A stretch of 64,000 nt of DNA, from the NCBI RefSeq assembly GCF_001447785.1, contig NW_015174867.1, positions 1 through 64,000 of the forward strand. Reading direction: 5' to 3'. Shown one piece after another: positions 1-11,834 of this stretch. The stretch's first letter is position 1. Each line of letters starts with the position of its first letter. Source of the stretch: Gekko japonicus (lineage: Eukaryota). The notes under the pieces were generated by a model. The model was not told the DNA's origin. It made no database searches and was given only the letters and a program-made list of their open reading frames with translations. The position numbers were made by a program, and so were the translations under genes.

Positions 1-589
1 CTGTCCTTCCTTTTAGTACATCCCTTTTTCGGGTTTGCATTTCTGACGTCCCGGGAAGAAAGAAACAAATTGTACATTTGCACCAACGAAGCTAAGAAGA
101 TGAAAGGGGTTGGTTTGGATTATGAAAATAGAGGATTAATTCTTGTTCCAGCGCCACCACGGTTTTGATGAAACTCAGAACCTCCTGCAGCCCTTTGGCC
201 CATGGAGCAGATTCTGTTTTGCAACCAGAAGTGTGTGCGCTCGCGTGTGTAGAATTATGCATTTAAACACTAAACCTGCCTGTAGCTGAAGATGTTATCT
301 GTTGAACACGGCAGGTAACTACACAAATTTGGGATAGACCAGTTTCCAGAGGCCGTATGCCTCTGTCCTGACAATACCAGCATTTTATATTTGTTCTAAA
401 TGATGCATGTTTAAAGGTTGTTAAAACAGTAAAGCAAGGCAAAATTTGATAAGTTAGTTTCTTTCTGGTTTGCTCCTACCACGGGCTTAAAAATTTTCAG
501 GACTTTTTTGCATCTTTTCAGAGGGACTAGCCCATGTCAGACTGTAAACGAACCTTTGCAACCAAGTTCAGAGAGCCTTGCTGCCAGAC

Positions 590-1450
590 AAGGACTCGAA
601 CGCGGGCCCCCTTCCCGTTCACCGCCTACACCAATCACCTTCACCAGGCACCAACATGGGCAAGCCCCCGTCTTCTCTATGGTCCTTTTCTGAGAGAGCG
701 TCAACCCCCAAACAGGAAATCCGGAGGGAGTCTGCGGCCGGAGGGACTCTGTCGAGTGTCACGAGCCCCTAGCAGCCGCTGGAGTGGTCCGCGCGCCACC
801 CGGAAGTGGAGTGGGAGGGCGGATCCTTGGCTGGCGGAAGGGATGGCAGAGCCCCGGTGCTGGAGGCATCCAGAGAGCGGCCGGAGCCGCGCAGCTCTCG
901 TTGCCCGCTGCTTCCGGATGGGAGCGACGGAGTGATGTGACTGGGTCGCTCGCCCTGCCGCCCGGCTCTTCCAGTGTTTTCCCGGCGGAGGAAGGTGAGG
1001 GTGGGCCGAAGGGGTGCAGAGGTGGGCCTGTCTGGGCGGGTAATTGGGGAAGCCCTGCTGCATGAAAGCAAAAAGTTGGGGCTTCGGCTGCATTAGGAAT
1101 CCCTGACCCCTGGAATATGTTTGCCTTTGGCATGTGGGTCTGTTATTGTAAGGGACGAGATTATAGCTTTCTTGCGCGTGTCCAGAAGCACGCTAATTCG
1201 TGCTTCGTCCTTTCTAAGATCGAGCCCAGTCGGTCTGCGTACCCCTTGTAGCAACTTGGTTACATATTTTATAGTATTATATACTTTCTGTGTGTAATTC
1301 TGCCGTACGATAAATAAATAGTTCGAACCCCGCTGTTGCAAGTAAGAGGCGTTGGTCCATGAACGAAGTCTTGGAAGGCAGCAAGGCGGTGGCTCTGCAG
1401 TGCTGAGCAAAAGGTAGTGGGGCTCTCGTCGGCTTCCCAGCCACGCCTTG
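590..1450 (+). promoter_or_regulatory. LYSET: CpG-island promoter of LYSET
   Basis: CpG/GC-rich island in otherwise AT-rich DNA. ETS/GABP-type CCGGAAGT at 800-807 and CTTCCGG at 911-917. Contains a strong donor AAG|GTGAGG at 994/995. Confidence 0.75.
900..994 (+). other. LYSET: Probable non-coding first exon of LYSET (start approximate)
   Basis: Donor GAAG|GTGAGG at 994/995 inside the CpG island. The nearest downstream coding exon is LYSET, with acceptor ttttattttcaag|G at 15434/15435. Confidence 0.6.
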
Positions 1451-2698
1451 TAGTCTGAGTTTTCTCATGCACACTTGGAGGAGCGGCCTGGCTTCAATGC
1501 CATGGCACGGATGTATGTGCCTTTGTTCGTGCTCAGAGGCATGCTTCAGGCTGTTTCTGCAGGTGTGTCTTGTGTTGAGCAAAGGATCACATTAAGTTCT
1601 GGAGAAGGGTGAAAGGGCACGGTGCAAAAAAATGAAAACAAATGGCCTGACAGACTTCTGGGGTAGAAAAAGGGAGCCTGGTGCTTTGAGGATGTGATGT
1701 GAGAGTGATGGGGGAGCAGTGATCTACTGCTGAGATGGTGTGGGGGGAAGAGAGAGTGATAGAGCATCATATTTATTATCTCTTTATCTTTGAGTTCATA
1801 ACTGTTAGATATTTCCAGGGCTAGACAGTCTTTCAGTGCTCTCAGTGCTAAAAATCGTCCAAAATTAGCCTGCAAAGATGTTGGCATGCTGGCATATAAG
1901 TGTGTGCATTTGTGGAGACAGAGACCAGGGTTGCTTTTAGCTAGGCAGAAGAGCCCAGAAGCATTGCCTGTGTCTTCCAGTGTTCCCTTAGGCAGAGAAG
2001 TGGCCCACCTTGTTGACAACAGTGTGTGCCGCTATTCAGTGTGCATGTTGCAGATTTCCTATTCTTGGATTAAGCATTTCTTTTATGATACTATGGTCCT
2101 AATGCTCAACAATGGCAGTCTCCCTGTGAGCCTTGTGTACAGTGGAAGTGGGTTTGGGTGACTGAATAATCCCATGTAGTACAGCCAGTTTTTTAGGGGA
2201 GGCTGATCAGATAAAAATCTCTATGCTCTATTCATGCGGTTCAAAGTGAAAACAAGCATCTGACAGATGAGAAAAATGATAAGCGTAAAGTAGCTGGCTC
2301 CAGTTCTTAATCTGCTTACTTCAGCTAGTCTCTTCTACTTCAGAAGCAGGAGCTCGCATGAAGAGGCAACTCCAAAATAGGTCGGCTGAACAATGCAGCT
2401 TCTCTGTCCCTGTTGCGGGATGTAATTTGATGTTGTTTGTCCCTAGATTTGAGGCACGCAATTCAGATGGGTAAAGTGATCACATTTAACACACTTCAGA
2501 TTATGACTCAGGTAAAGATCAGGAAAGTGGGAAAGGACTTTTCCTGGTGGGGCTTTCTGGTCAACAGGTGGCTTCCCCCTTGAAACAGCTGCTGCTAGAT
2601 GATGTGTATGCTTTGAGCCTCTCTACGATATGTACCTCAGGGATAGAAGTAAAGGAACTGTTCTCTCCAACAGCCCACCCACTTCGCAGCCTCTAGAT

Positions 2699-2870
2699 CA
2701 GGGGTGTCGAACTCATTTGTTATGAAGGCCGGATCTGACACAAATGTTACTTTTCCAGGCCATGTATGCCATAAAATGTAATGCCACATACCGGAGATAT
2801 AAACTTTATAAAGGACTCAGGCAAACCCAATTAACAATATTATTTTTAATTCAAAATATAAACAAAAGCA
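2699..2870 (+). mobile_element. hAT-type MITE fragment
   Basis: Starts with CAGGGGTGTCGAACTCATTTG, a typical hAT/Charlie-like terminus. Confidence 0.55.
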
Positions 2871-3320
2871 ATTGATTCCTAGCAGTGAAAGCAATTGATT
2901 TACTGGGGAACCCATGAAAGCCCTAGTAAATGTATTTAATCATATGCAAGATGAGTTCCCCCCCCCCAAGGGATACCATAAAGGGGGGGGGGGTATTGTA
3001 CACTTCCATACAAATTAGATACTTTTAAAATATATACCACTTTTAGGAGATGAGTCATTGTCCTTGCAAGTAAATAAGGTAGTTTTTCAGAACCTCTCCG
3101 TACACCGAGCCTCAGCGGGTGAGCATGGCTACATCCCCATCCTGCCTCTGAGGATCTTGAGGAGACACACCAGATTCCCCACCAGCAACAGCCCTGTGAA
3201 GTGGGCCGGGCTGAGTGAGCAGCCCCAGGTGGCCCAGATGACAGGGTCCTGGCTCAGGAGGAGGGGGGATCTGAACCTGTCTCTTCCAGATCCCCCCCCC
3301 CCCATCCCCAGTTCTCATCC

Positions 3321-3560
3321 CAGTTTGGTGTAGTGGTTAAGAGTGGCAGACTCTAATCTGGAGAACCGGGTTTGATCCCCCCCTCCCCCAAATGCAGCCA
3401 GCTGAATGACCTTGGGTCAGTCACAGTTCTCTCTGAGCTGTTCTCTCAGAGCTCTCTCAGCCCCACCTTCCCCACAGGGTGTCTGTTGTGGGGAGAGGAA
3501 GGGAAGGAGACCTGGGACTCCCAAGTGAAGAGCGGGATATAAATCCAACTCTTCTTCTTC
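3321..3560 (+). mobile_element. tRNA-derived SINE (Squam3-like)
   Basis: A-box GGTGTAGTGGTTAAG, B-box-like GGTTTGATCCCC, conserved body and (CTT)n tail. Many similar copies in the window. Confidence 0.8.
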
Positions 3561-5796
3561 CCGCATTTCCCACAGAAGCGGTGAGGCTGAGGGAGTGCCT
3601 GATGGAGAGGTTGTTTCTGAACCCTCCAGGGAGTGCTTTTTGTTCTCCTCCAACCCCTTTTCCCTCATGGGCTGAGAAAAGGTGGGGGTGGGTGGAAGAA
3701 GGGAGGTCACCAATCCCCACCTGCCCCAACATTCTACCTCCTGGCTTTGCACCTCTTCAGACATGTGGTGCTCACACCCCCAGCCAGCCTCCAGCCTTCT
3801 CTCCCTCACACCAGTTGCTCGCGGGCCAGGTAAGAGCGCTGGATGGGCTGGATCTGGCCCCCGGGACTTATATTTGACACCCCTGCTCTAGATGCTTATC
3901 CCAGCACCCAGGTGGCTGTCAGCTGGACACCAAGCTGTCCACAGAGAAAAGAGAGTATAACCACTACAGTAGATGCCCAGGAAGAAAAAGAAGTTGGCCA
4001 GAGGGGGTGAGAGTGGTTTTACTCCCTTTCTCCATGGCCAGTTTAATGTCCTTCAGGTACCTTGGCAATCTCACTTTGTAGCGTTAGCTGCTATTTGTGA
4101 TGCCGGGGAGAGAGCAGAAGGCAGAGAGGCAAGGCCTTCCTCTCACTCCAGATACCCAAGGTTCAGCAGTGGTAGGGAGAGACAACCTTACATGCTGAGA
4201 AGTAGTCTTAATCCAGTACTTTAAAAGGTTATAGTGATATATTTAATATTAATGGTTATGTCTTCATTATTTTGTGAGTGTGTTTGTTGGGGAGGCTCAC
4301 AGGGCGTACAGTAGTCACGTGGCTCTTTGTGATTATGGTAGTTGTGAATGTGACTCTAACACTTCTGCACTAACACTTCTGCAGGGCTGGCCCAGCATGT
4401 TGCTTTATATTATGTTGGTGGAATGGTCAGGAGATAGAAGTGAGCACTGTTTTGCACACAGCAGAAACCCCAGATTTCCCACAGAATGTATGTTTTGTGA
4501 GTAGCTGCAGACAGCCATGGCTGTCTGTCAAGTGTACTTGTCTGATGCATGTCTTTGCAAAAATGTACTTATTGCATTAGTGCAGGTGCATTTCAAAAAT
4601 CTTAGATGTACAGCTGAAAGGGTAACATGTGAGATTATTTCAAGTGTTCAAATACTTTCCTTATCTCAGTGATCTTATAATGCAAGCCAGTGTCATTGAG
4701 CTGTTGAAGATAGGGGGTGAGATTAAGGGAATGGTAGCTTGCTGAAACCTTCCAGCGCTCAGTGGTGAGCAAAAACTAGATGTTTTCACTGCTCTTAAGG
4801 AGGGAAAGATCCACCAGTGAGCCTCTGATCAATTTCCAGCAGTTTGCGTAGTGTGTGCTAGAATTCTTGGTCTAATCCTGCAAGAAACTTCTCGTATTCC
4901 TTTGTAAAACTATACTTGGGATTAGTTAACACAGTTTGGCCTGGATATGCTATCTAGTTTTGCCAGTTTAAACGCAACAATGAGGTCTGGCCACCCTGCC
5001 CTCATGAGTGAGTGAGTAAGTCTTGAAATGAGGACTTTCGGACTCTGAGCTACGTGATATCCACTCCACTCTGTTATGCTTAACATGTTGCAATGGAATT
5101 TATTAAGGATCAGGGTATATGTATAATAATTTCTCGTTTTGAAATATTGCCTTTTACAGGCCTTGCAACAACAACAAAAGATATTTGTGTCTGCGACTGC
5201 AGTACAAATCACAGTGACTTGACCTACAGTGCAACTTATCAAAAGTTCTTGAGGCACCAGAATGTACCATAGTTTGCTGTGCTTGTCCTTGAGACAACAT
5301 TTTAAACAATTGTAAGTAGTGTTTGTGTAGTCAAGGTAACATAATGGATGTCTTATTCCTAAGGATGATAAAATAGTGATTGCATAGGAAGGGAGAGCAA
5401 ACTTAAATTGCATGGGATCATCTTCAGTGACAGTGTTCAGTTTAGGAGATTTGTAGTTTTGGTGAAGCCCACTGAAAACCTTGAAGATTTTAAACATGAG
5501 AGAATTGCCTTGCTGTATCAGACAAAGATCCATCTAGTCGAGCACTCAGTTGCCAAAAGCAGCCAGCTTTTTGCTTCTGGGAGATAACAGATAGGGCGAA
5601 GGCTTCCTCTCTTGGTAGTGGCCACCCAGCAGCTGTTATTCAGAAGTATACTGACTCATGGAAATTAATGATTATGGTTGATATGCACTAATAGATTAAC
5701 CTTTTAAGAAATGTGAAGTTAGATCTCTTAAAATGGGTTTGATACAGCTAGCTTTTTAATTCAGTCTCACCTAGTTCCCCTGCTTACTATGGTCCC

Positions 5797-6043
5797 CAGC
5801 GTGGTGTAGTGGTCAAGAGCAGCAGACTCTAATCTGGAGAACCAGGTTTGATTCCCTACTCCTCCTCCACATGAAGACTGCTGGGTGATCTTGGGCCAGT
5901 CACAGCTCTCTCAGAACTCTCTCAGACCCATCTACCTCACAAGGTGAATGTTGGGGAGAGGATAGGGAAGCCAGTTGTAAGCCACTTTGAGACTACTCAG
6001 GGTTAAGAAAAGTGGAGTATAAAAAACCAACTCTTTTTCTTCT
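5797..6043 (+). mobile_element. tRNA-derived SINE (Squam3-like)
   Basis: Same head, body and tail as 3321-3560. Confidence 0.8.
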
Positions 6044-6234
6044 TTCCGCCCCACATGGCTTTTGTAAATGATCTCCAGCAGAAACTTTTTTTGGGGGGGA
6101 GGGGGCTCCTTCCTTTTTCATCAGCTGAATCCAACCAAATGTGTTTGCCAAAATAAAGGTTTCCTGAGATACCATGAGAAGAACATTCTTGTAAAATGTT
6201 AATACAGTATTGTTACCTGTTCTATAAAATTCTG

Positions 6235-6581
6235 GGGTGTCCCTGCCGCCTCCAGAATATGCCTTTGTGGTATGGGTGAAGTGGATGATGTCGAGCATTA
6301 CATTCTGAGATGTTCATGGCACGAACCACTTAGGCAAAGGTTTATTTATCCTATTGTACCTCTGTATAATGGAATTTCAGAGCAGGATTTGACCGTTTTC
6401 TTGCTCTCTGATATTGATGCACATGTTACTAGCAGAATGGCTTTGTTTGCACTGGCGGCGAAAAAGATAAGACTGGGTCTAGGACTTACTGTAAATTACT
6501 GATGTATACTGTTGGTTGTGCTTTGATTTATTTTGTGTTGTTATGGCCAATGGCTAAGACAATAAACTAAACTTGGCTTGG
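6235..6581 (+). mobile_element. 5'-truncated LINE 3' end with 13-bp TSD
   Basis: ORF2-type C-terminal CCHC motif (ICLCGMGEVDDVEHYILRC), AATAAA and CTTGG-repeat tail. TSD CTATAAAATTCTG at 6222-6234 and 6582-6594. Confidence 0.75.
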
Positions 6582-6755
6582 CTATAAAATTCTGCTATTT
6601 TGATAGTGTTCAGGCTTGGCTTCAGTTTTTACATGATTAACTGTCTGATTGTCTCACTTCTGTGTACCTCCCTTCCAAATTCTTTGTAGTCATGGTTTGA
6701 AAACAAGGCTGTAAAGAAGTCGTCTTGATTTGACTGCTACCAAGGTCAGTCAGTC

Positions 6756-6912
6756 AGAACAAAGTTTGAGTCCAGTAGCACCTTTAAGACTAATGAAATT
6801 TTATTCAAGGTGTAAGCTTTCGTGTGCAAGCACAGTTCTCCAGATACAGTGTGCCACTGGAATCAAACTTTGTTCTGCTGCTTTCAGACTAACAGGGCTA
6901 CCCACTTGAATC
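6756..6912. mobile_element. Penelope-like element pseudo-LTR remnant with degenerate hammerhead core
   Basis: AGTCCAGTAGCACCTTTAAGAC and AGACTAACAGGGCTACCCAC motifs in inverted arrangement. Minus strand reads CTGGAGA...GAAAGCTT, a mutated core. Confidence 0.65.
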
Positions 6913-7579
6913 TGGGGTCAGACAGGAGTTCTCAAATCTGTGAGCTGAGCTTACATAATGATCCTGATGCATTTTGCAAATTTCTTGAATTCAGCCCTTC
7001 CAAAGACCGTTGGATGACTAATGGTTGTGTGTGGGGGGGGAAAGGGTTGGTTCTGCAGCTGCTTCTTCTGACCAACATTACTTTTGAGTGTCATAGTCAT
7101 ACTGGAGTGAGTGATACTGGCAGCCACATCCNNNNNNNNNNNNNNNNNNNNNNNNNNNNNNNNNNNNNNNNNNNNNNNNNNNNNNNNNTGCACAGAAGGG
7201 ATAGTGATTTAGATTGAAAACAAGTTCTACAAGCGGGGTCCCCCGTCTTTCTGATCCTTTGGGCACCTTTGGAATTTTGAAAGGAGGCGGTGTGCACTTC
7301 CCCAGCACGGCTGCCGCAGGAGATGGGGCCAAACCCGCAATGGCTGCTGCAGTACCTTCCTCCGCACTTTGCAAAAGAATCACAGAAGGGGAGTAAACAT
7401 GAATGAAGGATAATTGGAGGGGTGGGGTGGGGGGAAAATAAAAAGAATTAAATCCTGAAGGGAGACTGGAACCACACTGACTAAGGAAAACCCACTGCTT
7501 ACCAGTCCTGATCTTCCAGTGGCTGCAGTTGCTACTGCGACCATGGACAACCCTTTCCTTTGAAGGAGGGCAGCTGTTA

Positions 7580-7937
7580 AGAACATAAGAGACGCCAATG
7601 TTGGATCAGGCGAAAGGCCCCTCCAGTCCAACACTCTGTATCACACAGTGGCCAGAAATACCAGTGCCATCAGGAGGTCCAGCAGTGGGGCCAGGACACT
7701 AGGAGCCCTCCCACTATTGACCTCCCCAAGCACCAAGATGACAGAGCATCACTTGCCCCAGAGTCCATATCTATACCTTGTGGCTAATAGCCCCTGATGG
7801 ACCTCTGCTCCATATGCTTATCTAATTCCCTCTTGAAACCGTCCATGCTTGTAGCCACCACCACTTCCTGTGGCAGTGAATTCCATGTGTTAATCACTCT
7901 TTGGGTGAAGAAGTACTTCCTTTTATCTGTTCTAACC
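7580..7937 (-). mobile_element. CR1 LINE 3' end (nested in a hAT-like MITE at about 7231-8052)
   Basis: Translation VRTDKRKYFFTQRVINTWNSLPQEVV...FKRELDKHM is a CR1 ORF2 C-terminus, followed by a TTCTTATGTTCTT-type tail. Confidence 0.85.
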
Positions 7938-8953
7938 TCAGTTAACAAGTCTTGCCTTACAGTGGCCCCCAATGTTTCTGAAAAGCTTGGTGAGTGCCAG
8001 GGGATGTCGTGGCAGACACCATGGTGCCCATGGACACCGTCTTGGGAAGCCTGTTGTACAGGTTACCACTTGTTAAGTGAGAATTAGGGATGTTCGAGTA
8101 CAGCATACTTAAGGGCTTCTGAGTGGTGAAAAGTCCCAGGGCAGTGTCTACTGAGTTTAGTTTCCTTTGGATGGGGTGTGTGCAAGTACTGAAGTTCCAG
8201 GCTGTTTTTAATAATATCTATTTACAAATATACAAGCAGAACTTGCCAAAAGCAAGACTTCTAAAATCAGGTAGTGCAGCTGTTAACCCTAGTTCAAACT
8301 CCCAAAGGGTAAGTATGCTGCAAGGATACTTTTGTTTTTATGAACTTGTGCCAAAAACTCTTCAGTCTCTGGAGCCCAATCCATACTTTCCAGAAACTGG
8401 CTAGGATCCAGATAATTTTTCCCACGAGTGCAAGGACTTCTCCCTGATTACAAGGGGCGTTTTGGGCTGCTACTGGAAGGGGGAGGTGAGCAAAACACAC
8501 TGCCCAAGCAGATGGACTTCCACCTACAGAAATATTCATCTGGATCCTGTTTCTCTGTCCTTCGCACTAACTGAACAGTATAATCTTCAGCAGAGCAAGA
8601 GAGATTTCCAGCCATCAAGTACCTGATTAGCCATTAATTGCCCTTTGACAGCCGATTAACAGTAATTATTGCAGCCAAACCCCAAACAGTATATTCTGAA
8701 TATGCTTGGGAAGACAAGCTGTGTTGAGTCTGAAATCTACATGACACTGCCATATAACCTTGCAGCAGTTGTGACTGTACAAAGGGAAAAAGCTTGCACT
8801 GCTGTAGATAAAACACCATTCTGTAATGGGCAAGTAGAGGCAAAGTCTGTAGACATTACTCAGTATAACTGCCTCCAATAAACAGTATCAAAATAACCAA
8901 GTCATACAGGCATTCCTTAAATCTTACTTATCCTCTGTTATGCGTGTAGTTCT

Positions 8954-9561
8954 TAGAGATGTAAAGGCCTGGGAAAAAAGGGAAAAATTCGGGGGGGGAA
9001 ACGTTTTTTTTCCTGAAGCCTTTTTTGTTTTTTCCCGAAAAATTGGAAAAATTGAAAAAAGAAAAGAAAAAAAAATGATTATGGAACGTTTTATTTTAGC
9101 ATGATGAATAAAATATTTTAAGACAAGGCGTTCAAATATTTTCCAAATCATTTCTAATATATATATATATATATATGGTATCTGATCTAATGTCTGTGCA
9201 CTGAGGACAAGCAAGTCCTAGGTTACAAACTGAACTCTCCAATGCAAGAACAAGATGCATTTCTTCCTTTAGGAGGTGCGATTGTCAGAAGAAAATTAAA
9301 AAGTTTCAGTTTTGTTTTTGCATGTGGTTGGGTATTCTATTTGTAATAATTGTTTGGATACACTATATTTTTAATATGCTCGTTGTGATAATTTCATGCC
9401 AAGTAAAAATGTCCATAGTCATATTTTATGTTCCTAAAGTAACAGAATGACTTTCAATCTAGAAAAGACAAAAGAAATGCTAATGTAGCATTTTTTTCAA
9501 TTTTTCCGAAAATCTTCGTTTTTTTCCCAGCTTCAAAATTTCCGGAAATTTTACATCTCTA
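8954..9561. mobile_element. Non-autonomous hAT DNA transposon
   Basis: TIRs TAGAGATGTAAA / TTTACATCTCTA. 8-bp TSD GTAGTTCT / GTCGTTCT (7/8). Confidence 0.8.
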
Positions 9562-9569
9562 GTCGTTCT

Positions 9570-10319
9570 TAGAGATGTGGACTCACAGAACCCCCTCACA
9601 CACTGATTTTGGGGGGAACCTCACGTGAACTATTTTCTCTTTTAGAATGAGTGAAATGCTTTTGAGGACAGGATGGGCATGCTGTAGACAGATCTTAAAT
9701 CCAAGATGCATTTCTGCACCTAGAAGGATACCTAACCTTCACAAGGGGAACATACAGCACTTTAATTGCTTTTCAACTGTTGCAGGCTTTTTGTTGTCCT
9801 TTTGACTAGAGGTGGTTGACCTTGTGACCTCTCCCTCAAATGGCTGTGACACACATATCCACAAATTGGGTAACAAGTAGTTTATTTTCCTAACTTGTAG
9901 GAGAGTAGAAAGCTTAGAAGGAGGTGAGGCAGAGATTGCACCAAAGCTTCAGAGGGAAACTCTGAAAGTTTGAGAACTGAGCTCTTTAACCAGATAGCAA
10001 AAATTAAGGCATGTGTGCTGAGATAGCATAGGTTGCATCAGGTTGCAGTTTTCTCTCGAGTATTGTGTATGTTTGCAGTTTTGCTTGTACAAAATTTAAG
10101 GAATTTACAACTTTTAAATTCTATAAATATGTCAAATATTGCAGTTTCATATAGTAAATGAGTTATAAATGATGTATTTTATATTGTTAAAGCAGTAAAA
10201 TTAGTTTAGGTTTGATAGGTAAGTAAACATTGCATATATTTAAATTTTCCCCAAACTTCTGGGGTTTTTTTCCATTAAGCCCCCCCCCCCCCCCAATTGC
10301 CAGAAATTTTACATCTCTG
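9570..10319 (+). mobile_element. Non-autonomous hAT DNA transposon (family also at about 16554-17320 and 53878-54856)
   Basis: TAGAGATGT...ACATCTCTG termini. Internal sequence (AGAATGAGTGAAATGCTTT...) is shared with two other copies in the window. Confidence 0.7.
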
Positions 10320-11834
10320 GTCCTTGCCAGTTTAGGTAGCCCAGGCTTGCTGGTGTTGGATCAAGGGGCTGCTTTTGGGCTCCACTGGCCATTTCCACAG
10401 ATTAGGCCTGCCTTTGTGCATACCGTGGTACCTGGTATTTTAATCTGATTTGTGGCCTCTGTAGCTTCTAGGACTGGAGTGCTGGTCTGTTGCCATTAAT
10501 AGAAATGGACTGTATATTTTTCCCCCTTTGGCACAGGCTTGCTCCCCATACTAGACATTTGTTGTAATAGGAGTCTGCTGTAATGATATCTGCTCCCCAC
10601 TCCCATTCTGAAAGCGAATTAAGGCTGATGCAATCTTTAATTCATAGTGTCGAGGAAAGAAGGTGAACTTAAATAATGTAGCCTTGCGTCAGAGACATCT
10701 TATACTCATTAATAATCACTCAGGGACCAATCAGAATTTTCCCCTGCTGTTCAGCTGGGTCACAGCTAACATAAGAAATTGTTTGAGAATCACCGTTTTG
10801 AACTAACAGGTTTCCTCCCCCGCCCCATTGGAAAGGAGCTTAGCTGAGTCAGTGTTTATGACAGACATTCAACTTCCTCAATATTTTGTTTTGAGCAAAA
10901 GCAAAAAATAATATATATTTTTTCTGTTTTGAGGAAAATGTGACAGGCTCAGAAGCAAGTCTAGTACACTAATAGCTTCGGGGTTTGGACCTTAGGGGAC
11001 AAAAGGAGGAAGCTTTTATAGCTGAGCCTGGTGAACTTGTTTTCTGTCTACATTCTGATAGTATCTGTCAGGGAGGATTGAGTTTTCTGGGATAACCGCA
11101 GGCCTAAATCAATCTTTCCCATGTATATTATTTCAGTGGGCATTCCCCCCCTACATGTGAGCAATCCCAGTGTGCGACATGGCACTCCTATGCAAGAAAT
11201 AGGGGACAGTCAGAGCAATTGCTGGGATCATAATGGGTAGATAAAGTGACATAAAGAATTGTCCCGAGGACTCCACAGAGGCATGTTAGTGGTGCAGAAA
11301 GAGAAAATGCTTCTAGTTGTATCTGTATACACCTAGTTTACTCTTCGTGCAGTTGCAGTCCTATAAATAGCTAGCTGGCAGTGGTGATCTCAGCTGCTTG
11401 TGTTCACTAAAACTATGCAAGCTTGACCCTTAAGACTCAAAGTCTCTCACATAAGCTTGAGATATGGACCTGAGGAGACCCAGGTTTACATCCCTGTATG
11501 TCCTTGAGGCTCACGTGGGTCAGTTGCTATCTTTCAACCTAACCTATCAGAAGGCGGTTTTGGAGGTAAAACAGGGATATTGAGGTGGGTGGGAAATGAA
11601 CTTTAAGCTGAATTCCTAGGAGAAAGGACAAGATAAATATTAAATAAGATAAGCTTGGAATTACTCCAGGATGCGTGCTTTGAAGACGGCTGTTTATATC
11701 CATTTGGGATCACAGTCCATGCCAGCTAGTTCATCCCATTCACTTTTGTAGCCAAATGAGATGTGCTGAAAATGTGACATCCTTTTCTTAGCATGTTGTT
11801 TTTTATTGTTTATTCACAAAACGTATATCCCACC

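Noticed and set aside
508-1582. Many overlapping ORFs at the window start
   Set aside because: By-product of the GC-rich CpG island. No recognisable protein and no MOAP1/PNMA-like sequence.
5160-5311. Possible extra LYSET 5'-UTR exon (ttttacag| ... |gtaagt)
   Set aside because: Splice-like signals only. Cannot be supported without transcripts.
4922-5533. 203-aa minus-strand ORF
   Set aside because: No recognisable domain, low-information composition, antisense within the LYSET intron.
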